A DNA stretch of 64,000 bases, from positions 480,001 through 544,000 of the forward strand of contig OZ252239.1 of NCBI GenBank assembly GCA_965249485.1. The letters run 5' to 3'. Position 1 is the first letter of the stretch. The number at the start of each line of letters is the position of its first letter. Shown piece by piece: positions 29,766 to 39,438 of this stretch. This DNA is from a bacterium (lineage in GTDB: Bacteria; SM23-31). Under the pieces are notes generated by a model. The model did no database searches, was not told the origin of the DNA, and was given only the letters and a program-made list of their open reading frames with translations. A program made the position numbers and the translations under genes.

Positions 29766-30959
29766 TTATCTTCTCGGCGGCTGCTCAAGGACAAGTGTTG
29801 TTTCATAAAATTGATTATTCCGAATTACCTTTAGCTGAAATGATCTGCCCGGCCGTGGTTCCGCCTGTCGAATAATCCGACGGATATCCTTCGAGTTTTG
29901 AACAAGATTTCCGTTGATTTCTACAATTACATCACTTTGCTGCAGATTGGCTTTTTCTGCCGGACTAAATTGATCAACAATCCAGATTAAATATCCTGTG
30001 TTCTGATTGAGTCCTAAACGGTAGGCCAGCCTGTTGTTGACATCATATCCTGTTGATATACCGATCCAATAGTCGGTATTTGATGTAGCCTGTTGCTTTA
30101 AATCCTCAACAATTGCCTTTATATTGTTCACAGGAACCGCAAATCCGATACCGATCGAGCCGCGCGCACCGCTACCACCGGTATAGATTACCGTATTTAT
30201 ACCGATAACATCGCCTGCACCATTGACAAGCGGTCCGCCACTGTTTCCTGGATTGATCGAGGCATCCGTCTGAATCATATCTTGATATATGTACGATTCA
30301 CCTTGTTGGCCGCCAAGATGACGCCCCAATGCACTTACTACACCAACGGTTACTGCCGGCTGATTATTAAAATTGAACAAGCCGAATGGATTACCAAGAG
30401 AAATTGCCCATTCTCCGACAATTATGTCATCGGAATCGCCGAATTTCACACTGGGAAAGTTCTCTCCTTCAATTTTCAGCAGCGCTAAATCAAGCGCCCG
30501 GTCACTTCCAACCAACTGTGCTTGATAGGTATTACCGTCGGTAAGTGCCACGCTGATTTCCGTTGCGTCGCTAACAACATGATCGTTTGTCAGGATGTAG
30601 CCATCGGATGAAATGATAAAGCCAGATCCGAGACCGCTGACTTCCTGACGCACGTTGTTTCCGTAGTAAAACAACTGCAAAAGAGAATTAGGAGTGTACT
30701 GTTGATACGACTTCGTACTTATTCCTACTATGGCAGGACTAACAATTTCGACTGCACGGGTAATTGCATTCTGCCGGGAAACTGATATTTCATCATTGAG
30801 TTGGCCTTTAATATCCTGCAGATCTGTATCAGGTACTGACGCGGCAGACTGCTCAACATCTGTATTTTCTACAGTATCCTGCGAACTGTTCCGCCAGACG
30901 AGCCAAAAAATCATGACAGTAGCAACAATAAGTACTATTAAAATCTTTCCTGACTTCAA
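29766..30959 (-). CDS. HtrA/DegP-family serine protease with one PDZ domain
   Basis: N-terminal TM, GSGFII, TNDHV, DLALLK, QTDASINPGNSGGPL, C-terminal PDZ. Confidence 0.93.
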   Translation of the reverse strand: MKSGKILIVLIVATVMIFWLVWRNSSQDTVENTDVEQSAASVPDTDLQDIKGQLNDEISVSRQNAITRAVEIVSPAIVGISTKSYQQYTPNSLLQLFYYGNNVRQEVSGLGSGFIISSDGYILTNDHVVSDATEISVALTDGNTYQAQLVGSDRALDLALLKIEGENFPSVKFGDSDDIIVGEWAISLGNPFGLFNFNNQPAVTVGVVSALGRHLGGQQGESYIYQDMIQTDASINPGNSGGPLVNGAGDVIGINTVIYTGGSGARGSIGIGFAVPVNNIKAIVEDLKQQATSNTDYWIGISTGYDVNNRLAYRLGLNQNTGYLIWIVDQFSPAEKANLQQSDVIVEINGNLVQNSKDIRRIIRQAEPRPGRSFQLKVIRNNQFYETTLVLEQPPRR

Positions 30960-30971
30960 CGGAAAAACTCC

Positions 30972-31616
30972 TTATTTCTTAACTTTTTCCCAATCCTGTA
31001 GAAACTTTTCGATACCGATATCTGTCAGGGGGTGTTTAATTATCTGCTCCAAAACTTTAAAAGGTATGGTCACTATATCAGCTCCTGCAAGCGCTGTTTC
31101 AAACACGTGTACCGGATGTCTGATGCTCGCGGAGATGATTTCTGTTTCAATACCATAATTATCGTAGATGGTGACGATATCCCGGATGACATCCATACCA
31201 TAGTTGACTGTATCGTCGATACGTCCAATAAATGGACTTACAAATGTTGCTCCTGCTTTTGCTGCAAGCAGCGCCTGTATCGGTTGAAAAATCAAGGTTG
31301 TATTGGTTTTGATCCCCTCACTTGTGAAGATCTTCAGTGCTTTTAATCCTTCAAGTGTGACTGGTACTTTCACATTTATATTGTCGGCAATTTTTGCAAA
31401 CTCCCGTCCTTCTTTCACCATTCCCTCAGCATCGAGACTGACAGTTTCCGCACTGACGGGGCCTTCTACAATCGAGGTAATCTCCTTTAGCTTATCTGGA
31501 TAGGTCCCTTCCTCTTTGGACATGAGTGTAGGATTGGTCGTGATTCCATCAAGAATACCGAAACTGTGTGCTTCCCTAATTTCATCAATATTCGCTGTAT
31601 CCAAAAAAAATTTCAT
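30972..31616 (-). CDS. fsa: Transaldolase / fructose-6-phosphate aldolase
   Basis: [43 protein letters not shown]. Confidence 0.93.
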   Translation of the reverse strand: MKFFLDTANIDEIREAHSFGILDGITTNPTLMSKEEGTYPDKLKEITSIVEGPVSAETVSLDAEGMVKEGREFAKIADNINVKVPVTLEGLKALKIFTSEGIKTNTTLIFQPIQALLAAKAGATFVSPFIGRIDDTVNYGMDVIRDIVTIYDNYGIETEIISASIRHPVHVFETALAGADIVTIPFKVLEQIIKHPLTDIGIEKFLQDWEKVKK

Positions 31617-31682
31617 GCTGGCCTCTCTCCTTCACATTTCTCCGCTCCGACGGAGTTTGTTGCGTATGTTATGGATTGCTAT

Positions 31683-32414
31683 TTAATAATCGATTTTTTC
31701 CAAATATAATCCGTGGGGTGGTGCAAGGCTGCTTATCTGTGAACGATCCCCATCTGTGAGAATTTCTTCAAAAATACTCGGTTGTTTTGCACCGCGGCCG
31801 ACGTCAACAAGTGTTCCGGTGATTGCCCGCACCATTCCATGAAGAAATCTGTCGGCTTTGATAGTAATAGTCATATAAGGACTGCTTTTCCGGATCGCCG
31901 TATTCTGTATAGTACAACGGTAACTCTTTTCATCTTCATTTATCTTAGCAAGCGGCTCAAAAATGTGTGTTCCATGCAGTGAATACAGCGCCTTTTCCAT
32001 TTTTTCCAGATTAAGCTGGAATGCAATATACCACGAATACCGTTCATCAAAGACCGACGGTTCAGTACGAATATTGTACCGGTACGTCCTGCTCACTGCG
32101 CTGAAGCGGGCATGAAACATATCAGGCACTATCTCAAGTGATCGGACCAAAATATCACCCGGCAGCAGGGAATTCATGCTATTCATCAATATTTCAGTCG
32201 AATCAGAGACGGCACAATCAAAATGTGCCACCTGACCTACAGCGTGAACACCGCTGTCTGTTCTGCCGGCTCCTGTAACCTGAACAAATTCATTACATCG
32301 GCGTGTCAGAGCTTCTTCGAGGACACCCTGTACTGTCCTCTGTTCCTTTTGTATCTGCCAGCCATGAAAATCAGTCCCGTCATATTCGAGGACTGCTTTA
32401 AAACGCTTCATCAC
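31683..32414 (-). CDS. truA: tRNA pseudouridine(38-40) synthase
   Basis: YDGTDFHGWQ, GAGRTDSGVHA, FHARF, FLHGMVR, APPHGLYL. Confidence 0.97.
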   Translation of the reverse strand: MMKRFKAVLEYDGTDFHGWQIQKEQRTVQGVLEEALTRRCNEFVQVTGAGRTDSGVHAVGQVAHFDCAVSDSTEILMNSMNSLLPGDILVRSLEIVPDMFHARFSAVSRTYRYNIRTEPSVFDERYSWYIAFQLNLEKMEKALYSLHGTHIFEPLAKINEDEKSYRCTIQNTAIRKSSPYMTITIKADRFLHGMVRAITGTLVDVGRGAKQPSIFEEILTDGDRSQISSLAPPHGLYLEKIDY

Positions 32415-33202
32415 AATATAAATGAACCGACAGAAATGCTGAATATCACAATAAATGCAGTTATATCGCTGCGACGAAACCGCAGTTCTTTAAAGTAGGT
32501 TCTTGCATTGCTCCCCGGAAATCCCCGAACCTCGAGTGCATGAGCAAGCGTATCCGCACGCTTAAATACTGAGATAAAGAGCGGAATCACTACCGAACTT
32601 AAAGCATGAATTTTAGCAAACAACTTCCCCTCAAGCTGAGCACCACGTGCAATTTGCGCTTTTCTGATACGGTTACCTTCCTCGAATAATACAGGAATAA
32701 ACCGCAGGGTAATTCCAATCATCAAAGCATAACTGTCGATGTTTAGTCCCATTTTTTTTAGCGGTCGCAACATTTTTTCCAAACCGTCTGTTAACTCCAT
32801 CGGCGCTGTCGTCAGCATGAATAGTACAGAAAATGAGATTGCAAGAAAGAGACGGAATCCAAAATAAAATCCGATCGCAACACCTTCGGAGGTAACATCG
32901 AATCCAACAACCGGTACGGTAAAAAGCACTGTACCGCTTGCAATAAATGCATGGAGTATAAACGTTAACCCGATTATCAGGAGAAAAAATGTCAATTGTC
33001 TGAAAAAATGTGCTGCCGGCACCCGTGATAAGGCGAGAAGCAGTAAAAAGAATCCGAGAAAACTGAACAGAACGAGTAATTCCTGCCGAACCGTAAGAAT
33101 GATTATGAGCGGAATCAGCGCAATCAGTTTCGTACGGGGATCTAATCGATGAATCAGGGAATCGCTTATGAAATACTGGCCTAAGGTTAGATTATTCAAC
33201 AA
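32411..33202 (-). CDS. ecfT: ECF transporter transmembrane component T
   Basis: LGQY...S.IHRLDPRTK, LTT...LTDGLE, LRFIPVL.EE..I.KAQIARG, ALEVRG. Confidence 0.92.
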   Translation of the reverse strand: MLNNLTLGQYFISDSLIHRLDPRTKLIALIPLIIILTVRQELLVLFSFLGFFLLLLALSRVPAAHFFRQLTFFLLIIGLTFILHAFIASGTVLFTVPVVGFDVTSEGVAIGFYFGFRLFLAISFSVLFMLTTAPMELTDGLEKMLRPLKKMGLNIDSYALMIGITLRFIPVLFEEGNRIRKAQIARGAQLEGKLFAKIHALSSVVIPLFISVFKRADTLAHALEVRGFPGSNARTYFKELRFRRSDITAFIVIFSISVGSFIL

Positions 33203-33459
33203 GATACCGCCATTTGTTACAAGATTTAAATATAGGTAATTTTTGTAAAAAATGAAAGCGCTTTTTCCCCTAAGAATAGCACCCTTTTTCGTGCTTTTGC
33301 ACTAATATAGATCGAGGTTTCATAGTACAGTATTATCTTAACGAAAACCTGATCTACACCAAATGTGTTTTTTCTACAAAAATTGTGAATTTTTGTGAAT
33401 TATTCGTTATATTTAAATGTTCTAAGTTCAAAGCTGTTCTTAAGAGTGAATATTACACT

Positions 33460-34407
33460 ATGGAATATTATCCTCCACCATATAAATCCGATGTTCCGAG
33501 CTATTCGAATTTGCCTTTAGAGCCGGAAAAACCGCCTATACGTCCCCCAAATCCGGTTATTAATGTTGTTCTTTTCGTGCTCACAGTCGGTTCAACATTG
33601 CTTGCAGGAGCTTTTCTGGAAAACGGCAATCCGTTCATCAGGACAACAGACCTGTACAAGGGAATCCCTTTTGCATTGACGCTGCTTACTATTATCGGTT
33701 TTCACGAGTTCGGACACTATTTTATGTGTAGACGCCACGGTGTTGCCGCAACGCTCCCTTATTTCATACCCGCACCTCCACCTTTTTTCATTATAGGTAC
33801 GCTGGGAGCGGTGATCAAGATCCGTGCACCAATCACGAATAACCGGGCACTGTTCGATATCGGAGCAGCGGGCCCAATTGCCGGCCTGATCGTTGCTCTG
33901 CCTGCAATTGGTATCGGCCTCTATATGTCGGAAATCAGACAATTCATTCCGGGTAGTGCATGGAGCCTCGGTGATCCTATTATAATGAAACTGATATCAC
34001 GATTAATACTCGGTGAAATACCTGAAGGATTCGATGTCTATATAAATTCCATCGCTTTTGCCGGATGGGTTGGCTTAATAGTCACCGCATTTAATTTACT
34101 GCCGATTGGCCAGCTTGACGGCGGCCACATTGCCTATGCGCTTCTCGGTAAGCGGCAAGCGTTGCTTGGCTATACGGTGTTTTTCACCCTTTTTCCTCTT
34201 GCATTGTTCTGGTCGGGCTGGATTATTTTTATTATTATAGCACTTATAATCCGAATCAAGCATCCCACTGGGATTACTGCTCTCGAACCCCTCGATTTCA
34301 GAAGAAAAGTCATTGGTGTAGTATGCCTTCTCATGTTCGTTGTGTGTTTTATTCCTATCCCATTTAAGGGCATGGGGATTATCAACGCGCTCTCCTTTCT
34401 TTTTTAG
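33460..34407 (+). CDS. Site-2 protease (M50 family)
   Basis: HEFGH, LPYFIP, DIGAAGPIAG, NLLPIGQLDGGH; start placed at ATG 33460. Confidence 0.92.
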   Translation: MEYYPPPYKSDVPSYSNLPLEPEKPPIRPPNPVINVVLFVLTVGSTLLAGAFLENGNPFIRTTDLYKGIPFALTLLTIIGFHEFGHYFMCRRHGVAATLPYFIPAPPPFFIIGTLGAVIKIRAPITNNRALFDIGAAGPIAGLIVALPAIGIGLYMSEIRQFIPGSAWSLGDPIIMKLISRLILGEIPEGFDVYINSIAFAGWVGLIVTAFNLLPIGQLDGGHIAYALLGKRQALLGYTVFFTLFPLALFWSGWIIFIIIALIIRIKHPTGITALEPLDFRRKVIGVVCLLMFVVCFIPIPFKGMGIINALSFLF

Positions 34408-34422
34408 GTGTGATGACGAATC

Positions 34423-35274
34423 ATGAAGATAATTCGATCTATTCACCAGATGCAGTTATATAGTGCTACTTTACGCGCCGGAATCAACCGGATAGGATTT
34501 GTACCGACCATGGGTTTCCTCCATGAGGGGCACCTTAGTCTTGTCCACTCAGCAAAGAAGACGTGCTCCCATACAATTGCAAGTATTTTTGTGAATCCGG
34601 CCCAATTTGGACCAAACGAAGATTTAAGCCGGTATCCCCGCAGTGAAAAAAAGGATATTGATGTTCTTCGCCAGCATGGTGTGGATGCTGTTTTCATTCC
34701 GAAAGTAGAGACGATGTATCCAAGTGAATTCCAGACAAGTATAATAGTGGAGAACATGACATCTGCTGGTGAAGGTGCTTCCCGGCCGAAGCATTTTCAA
34801 GGTGTTACAACTGTCGTTATGAAACTTCTGAACATTGTGCAGCCTTCTGTGCTTTTTCTCGGACAAAAAGATATTCAGCAAGCACTTATTCTGAAACGTA
34901 TGATAGTCGACATGAATATGTCGGCGACAGTCAGAATTTGTCCTATAAAGCGGGAAAAAGACGGGCTAGCAATGAGTTCACGAAACATCTATCTATCCGG
35001 TGATGACCGGAATTCGGCATTAGCACTATATAGTGCGCTCAAAGAGGTGAAATTGGCGATAGCAAACGGCGAAACATCGTGTATAAAATTGCAAAAATTG
35101 GCACAGTCGGTTTTTCAGCAGTATTCGGGTGCTTTACTCGATTATGTGCTGTGTGCTTCTTACGAATCGTTTGAGCAGGTCAGGACAGTTACCGGAAGGA
35201 CAGTTGTTGCACTTGCGGGGTATGTCGGGAAAATACGGCTGATTGACAATATCATCGTATCACCGCCGAAATAG
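34423..35274 (+). CDS. panC: Pantoate--beta-alanine ligase
   Basis: FVPTMGFLHEGH, SIFVNPAQF, RPKHF.GV, GQKD.QQ, GLAMSSRN, RLIDN. Confidence 0.97.
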   Translation: MKIIRSIHQMQLYSATLRAGINRIGFVPTMGFLHEGHLSLVHSAKKTCSHTIASIFVNPAQFGPNEDLSRYPRSEKKDIDVLRQHGVDAVFIPKVETMYPSEFQTSIIVENMTSAGEGASRPKHFQGVTTVVMKLLNIVQPSVLFLGQKDIQQALILKRMIVDMNMSATVRICPIKREKDGLAMSSRNIYLSGDDRNSALALYSALKEVKLAIANGETSCIKLQKLAQSVFQQYSGALLDYVLCASYESFEQVRTVTGRTVVALAGYVGKIRLIDNIIVSPPK

Positions 35275-35307
35275 AAACAAGAGAAAACTTATTAAACGGT
35301 AATTTTT

Positions 35308-36105
35308 ATGAATACATGTGGTATCATTATTCTTGCAGCAGGAAAAGGTGAACGAATGGGGGGAATCCGGCCGAAAGTGCTTTATAAGCTCGATAATAAG
35401 CCACTTATCGACCATGTCCTAATAACAGCTTACCAGCTTCAACCTGAGCGAATTGTGGTCGTGGTCGGATTTGAAAAAGAAAAGGTAATGGATTGTGTTA
35501 CGCAAAAAGCAATTTCTCATTCTGTTAAAAGGTATAATGATACGACGGCGTCTGACAAAATTGATCCCATCGACATCCGGTTTGCTATACAGGATGAACA
35601 GCTCGGAACAGGTCATGCAGTATTGCAGGCACAAGAAATGTTTGCTGATTTTCAGGGTGACATACTTATTCTGAACGGCGATGTTCCCTTGATTTCAACC
35701 GAAACACTATCAGGATTACTGAAAAACCATTTAGAATCCGGCGCAGGCGCAACCGTTCTTACTGCCAATTATACAAATCCCAAGGGGTACGGTAGAATTG
35801 TATTCGATGAGGACGGCTCTCTACAGAAAATTGTCGAAGATAAGGACGCCACTCATGAAGAGAAAAAAATTTCTGTTGTCAATACCGGAATGTTTGTTTT
35901 CAACTCCGATCACCTCTTTACCTATCTGCATAAGGTGAATCGGGACAATACACAGGCAGAGTATTACCTTACCGACCTGATTCAGATTATCCGAGAGCAT
36001 TCTATCAAGGTGTCTGTATTTCAGTCATCCAATCCAAAAGAAACTTACGGCATCAACACTCCTGAGCAGCTTACCGCACTGAATTCTATGCTGTCAACGT
36101 CATGA
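35308..36105 (+). CDS. GlmU N-terminal-like sugar-phosphate nucleotidyltransferase (no acetyltransferase domain)
   Basis: ILAAGKG.RM...PKVL, Q.EQLGTGHAV, GDVPLI, GYGRIV, IVEDKDA, N.Q.EYYLTD; ends at 265 aa before any hexapeptide repeats. Confidence 0.88.
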   Translation: MNTCGIIILAAGKGERMGGIRPKVLYKLDNKPLIDHVLITAYQLQPERIVVVVGFEKEKVMDCVTQKAISHSVKRYNDTTASDKIDPIDIRFAIQDEQLGTGHAVLQAQEMFADFQGDILILNGDVPLISTETLSGLLKNHLESGAGATVLTANYTNPKGYGRIVFDEDGSLQKIVEDKDATHEEKKISVVNTGMFVFNSDHLFTYLHKVNRDNTQAEYYLTDLIQIIREHSIKVSVFQSSNPKETYGINTPEQLTALNSMLSTS

Positions 36106-36122
36106 TATTTTATTGAAAACAG

Positions 36123-36151
36123 TTGCATAGGCTTCTGCTATTCAGTATATT
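36123..36151 (+). promoter_or_regulatory. Putative sigma70 promoter
   Basis: TTGCAT-N17-TATATT. Confidence 0.45.
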
Positions 36152-36210
36152 TATGCACGAATTATTCATTGAATTCATACCATTTTTAACGCTTGATTCA
36201 ACATGTAATT

Positions 36211-36300
36211 ACAACGGGAGAGTCATACCCGACAATGGCATGAGTGTGATTCATAAAAACAGAATCACTGATCCTTGCCGAGGGACGGCTCTCGATTTGT
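36211..36300 (+). ncRNA. Candidate structured leader RNA (unassigned)
   Basis: Nested pairings ACAA/TTGT, GAGAGTC/GGCTCTC, CCC/GGG, TGGCA/TGCCG, GTGATTC/GAATCAC, ending 3 nt before ATG 36304. Confidence 0.35.
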
Positions 36301-36303
36301 TTT

Positions 36304-36765
36304 ATGGTACAACGAAAGCGCAGAACTGGCAGCAAACCACCATTAAATCTCGTACCTATTCGGAAGTATTTAATATATGCTTGTGGTGTAGCGGTTATTG
36401 CGCTCGCAGTTTGGCTGGCAAGTACAAATATTTCTACTGGACCTGATGAGGTGATCCCGGAAGAGGAAATTCAGGAACAGCCAGTAATAATCGAGATTTT
36501 GAACGGCACAAGGGTATCAGGAATTGCAGGCCGGATGTCGACTTTTCTCATGAGTAACAATATTGACTCAATTATAGTAGGAAATGCCGACAACAAGAAT
36601 TTTCCAGAAACAATCATTATTGAGCGCAAACAAGGTATTGGTGGCGAGATATCCCGATTAACTGGTGTCAGAAATTTGACGTTCGATTTAGAAAGCGACT
36701 CGGATATTGCTGTAACTATTATCCTCGGGTCTAACTATGAACAGTTTAATCCGTTCACTCAATAA
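36304..36765 (+). CDS. Membrane protein with LytR C-terminal domain
   Basis: TM followed by IEILNGT..SGIAG, VGNAD, VTIILG. Confidence 0.85.
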   Translation: MVQRKRRTGSKPPLNLVPIRKYLIYACGVAVIALAVWLASTNISTGPDEVIPEEEIQEQPVIIEILNGTRVSGIAGRMSTFLMSNNIDSIIVGNADNKNFPETIIIERKQGIGGEISRLTGVRNLTFDLESDSDIAVTIILGSNYEQFNPFTQ

Positions 36766-36872
36766 TCTATACTGTGCAACTCAAATCCAATAAAATGTTA
36801 AGTCGCTCACTGAACAAGCATTAAGGTAAATTAAAAAATACCTATTAACAGCAGCACAAACTTCAGATGTAA

Positions 36873-37247
36873 ATGACCCCAAAGAAATTTGCAGAAAAGA
36901 TTGCCCAACTGACTCTGACAAAAAAAGCCGAAGAAGTAAAGATTATTGATCTCCGGAAAGTTACGAGTTTAACCGATTTTTTTGTTATCTGTTCCGGTGA
37001 TACCGATATTCAGGTCAAAGCGATTGCAGAAGTGGTCATCGAAGGATTACTCAAAAGTAAAAACAAACCATGGCACAAGGAAGGACTTGAGACCGGCACC
37101 TGGATTCTTCTCGATTTTGTCGATGTAGTTGTTCATATTTTTCGTAATGATAAACGTTCATATTACAAACTGGAAAATCTGTGGGGTGATGCACCTGTTA
37201 TAACTATTGCAGATAATCTCAATATGAATTCCGGAGAAAAAGCATGA
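36873..37247 (+). CDS. rsfS: Ribosome silencing factor
   Basis: KKAEEV..IDL, DFFVICSG, W.LLDFVDVVVHIF, YYKLENLW. Confidence 0.95.
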   Translation: MTPKKFAEKIAQLTLTKKAEEVKIIDLRKVTSLTDFFVICSGDTDIQVKAIAEVVIEGLLKSKNKPWHKEGLETGTWILLDFVDVVVHIFRNDKRSYYKLENLWGDAPVITIADNLNMNSGEKA

Positions 37248-38146
37248 CACTTTTGGTAGTGGGATCGATCGGATACGACTCAATTGAAACCCCTTGGGGA
37301 TCTGTCACCGATGCGCTCGGTGGATCGTCAATACATTTTAGTGCTGCATCAAGTTTATTCACCGAGACTAGAATTGTCGGTGTAGTTGGTGATGATTTTA
37401 ATAAGGACGAACTCCGGTTTCTTGTTGACCGCTATACTGATATCAGTGGTGTTGTGACCGAAAGTGGAAAAACTTTCCGGTGGAGTGGCAGATATCATGA
37501 AAATATGAATGACCGAGACACGTTATCAACAGAATTAAACGTATTTGAGCATTTTAAGCCGAACATTCCTGATTCGTTCAAGGATTCAAAGTTTATTTTT
37601 TTGGCAAATATACATCCGAAACTTCAGCTTGATGTGCTGGATCAGGTTGCCAATCCAGAATTTGTTGCTATGGACACCATGAATTTCTGGATAGAAGGGA
37701 ACAGAAGCGACCTCGAAACGGTATTGAAGAGAGTAGATGCTGTTATTCTCAATGACTCGGAAGCACTTGAGTTCAGCGGAGAACTGACTTATCCGCGTGC
37801 AGCACGCTCAATAGCGAAATTTGGACCGAAATTCGTCATCATAAAAAAGGGGGAGCATGGAGCACTTCTCTACAATGATGGATCATATTTTGTGCTTCCA
37901 GCCTACATTCTGGATTCAGTTGCCGATCCAACTGGTGCGGGTGATTCATTTGCCGGGGGATTTATGGGGTATCTTGCTCAACATGGTTCGACAGATAATA
38001 GAAGTGTCAGGCTTGGGATGGCATACGGGACATGTACCGCATCATTTTGTTGTGAAGATTTCAGCACCAAGCGGCTTGCCTCAGTAACAGAGAATGACAT
38101 AGAGAACCGTTTCCGGTCATACAAACAACTCATACAGATTCCTTAG
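37244..38146 (+). CDS. PfkB-family sugar/nucleoside kinase
   Basis: VVGS..YDSIETP, LGGS, GVVG.DF, DTMNFWI, KKGEHG, DPTGAGDSFAGG. Confidence 0.92.
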   Translation: MTLLVVGSIGYDSIETPWGSVTDALGGSSIHFSAASSLFTETRIVGVVGDDFNKDELRFLVDRYTDISGVVTESGKTFRWSGRYHENMNDRDTLSTELNVFEHFKPNIPDSFKDSKFIFLANIHPKLQLDVLDQVANPEFVAMDTMNFWIEGNRSDLETVLKRVDAVILNDSEALEFSGELTYPRAARSIAKFGPKFVIIKKGEHGALLYNDGSYFVLPAYILDSVADPTGAGDSFAGGFMGYLAQHGSTDNRSVRLGMAYGTCTASFCCEDFSTKRLASVTENDIENRFRSYKQLIQIP

Positions 38147-38302
38147 TCACAATATCCGGGAATGCTGAATTCCAATTATTGATTGAGAAGTACAGAATAC
38201 ACTCGACATAACAATCATAAAACTGTAAAAAACAAGTCATTTAACAATATTCATAATTACTGTTGCACACAATAGAATAGTATATAATAAGATTATCCTA
38301 CT

Positions 38303-39415
38303 ATGTCTCTCACTCTCTTTTTTACAACGATTCTTTTTCTACTTGCGGCTTTTCAGGCGCTTCAAATCTATTTTTTCAAGCGGAAGCAAATAGGATACGG
38401 CGCTATTTTTGTGTTTTTTTTCTGGACGACACTCGTTTTCCTGATGTACAATATGCAGATTCTATTTTCTGCTAATGTGAGCGGGAGCGGATCACACCAG
38501 TCAAAGACTATCATCATCGACCGCGGCTCGTTATTGTCGAATATTGCCGGCCAGCTCCGTACTGAGAGCATTATTAAAGATAGAAATCATTTCTTGTGGA
38601 CTGCAAACCTTCTTGGCCTTCAGCATAGGGTACAGGCTGGTAAGTACAACCTCTCACCTTATATGTCGAATTATGCCCTGATACTCCAACTCACTTCCGG
38701 CGGGAGTGTTCAGGAGCAGATTACGATAGTTGAAGGCTCGACTGCCAAAGAAATCGCACTCATCGTTGCAAATAAACTCGATTTAGATGTCGACCGATTT
38801 CTTGAAATTGTGAACAACATATCTGTTGCAGAGCGGCTCGGAATCGATGCGCCGGCACTCGAAGGTTATCTTTTTCCAGAGACCTACCGGTTTAACTGGG
38901 GCATCTCAGAGATGGATGTTGTTGAAGTACTTGTCAGTGAGTTTAAGAGACAAGTTGATTCATCATTATCAGATGCAGCCTCTGTGCATAATCTTACTTT
39001 TCATGAAGCAGTAATTCTTGCATCGATTGTCGAGGATGAAGCAGTTATTGATGATGAGAGACCTATGATTTCGGCTGTGTTTCACAACCGTCTCAAAAAG
39101 AACTGGCGTCTTGAAGCTGACCCTACAGTTCAATATATTATTCCGGACGGCCCCCGGCGTCTTCTCGATAAAGATCTTGCAATCGATTCACCTTATAATA
39201 CATATAAGTACCGAGGATTACCTCCTGGTCCTATTAATAATCCGGGTCTCAAATCTATATTAGCAGCAGTGAATCCTGCCGATGAGTCATATGTTTATTT
39301 TGTCGTAACCGGTGAAGGACGGCACACCTTTTCCCGCACACTGAACGAACACCTTCAGGCAAAACAAAAACTTGACCAGCTCAGGCGGGATTTGAGGCGT
39401 CAATCAATGCAGTAG
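38303..39415 (+). CDS. mltG: Endolytic transglycosylase MltG
   Basis: LEGYLFPETY, LASIVEDE, VFHNRL, LEADPTVQY, SPYNTY...GLPPGPI.NPG. Confidence 0.95.
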   Translation: MSLTLFFTTILFLLAAFQALQIYFFKRKQIGYGAIFVFFFWTTLVFLMYNMQILFSANVSGSGSHQSKTIIIDRGSLLSNIAGQLRTESIIKDRNHFLWTANLLGLQHRVQAGKYNLSPYMSNYALILQLTSGGSVQEQITIVEGSTAKEIALIVANKLDLDVDRFLEIVNNISVAERLGIDAPALEGYLFPETYRFNWGISEMDVVEVLVSEFKRQVDSSLSDAASVHNLTFHEAVILASIVEDEAVIDDERPMISAVFHNRLKKNWRLEADPTVQYIIPDGPRRLLDKDLAIDSPYNTYKYRGLPPGPINNPGLKSILAAVNPADESYVYFVVTGEGRHTFSRTLNEHLQAKQKLDQLRRDLRRQSMQ

Positions 39416-39438
39416 TAATTTCTTTCCACGATCATAAT

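Noticed and set aside
29234..29875. 213-aa ORF antisense to purB (and similar shadow ORFs, e.g. 26932-27483, 54855-55385, 41843-42334)
   Set aside because: They overlap well-conserved genes and have no recognisable motifs; expected shadow ORFs
36215..36295. Glycine- or TPP-riboswitch-like words (GGAGAG, GCCGA.GG, CTCTC; ATACCC, CTGATC)
   Set aside because: Essential elements are missing (no CAGG/P3 for glycine; no CTGAGA or TAAT loop for TPP) and the downstream genes do not fit; kept only as an unassigned structure
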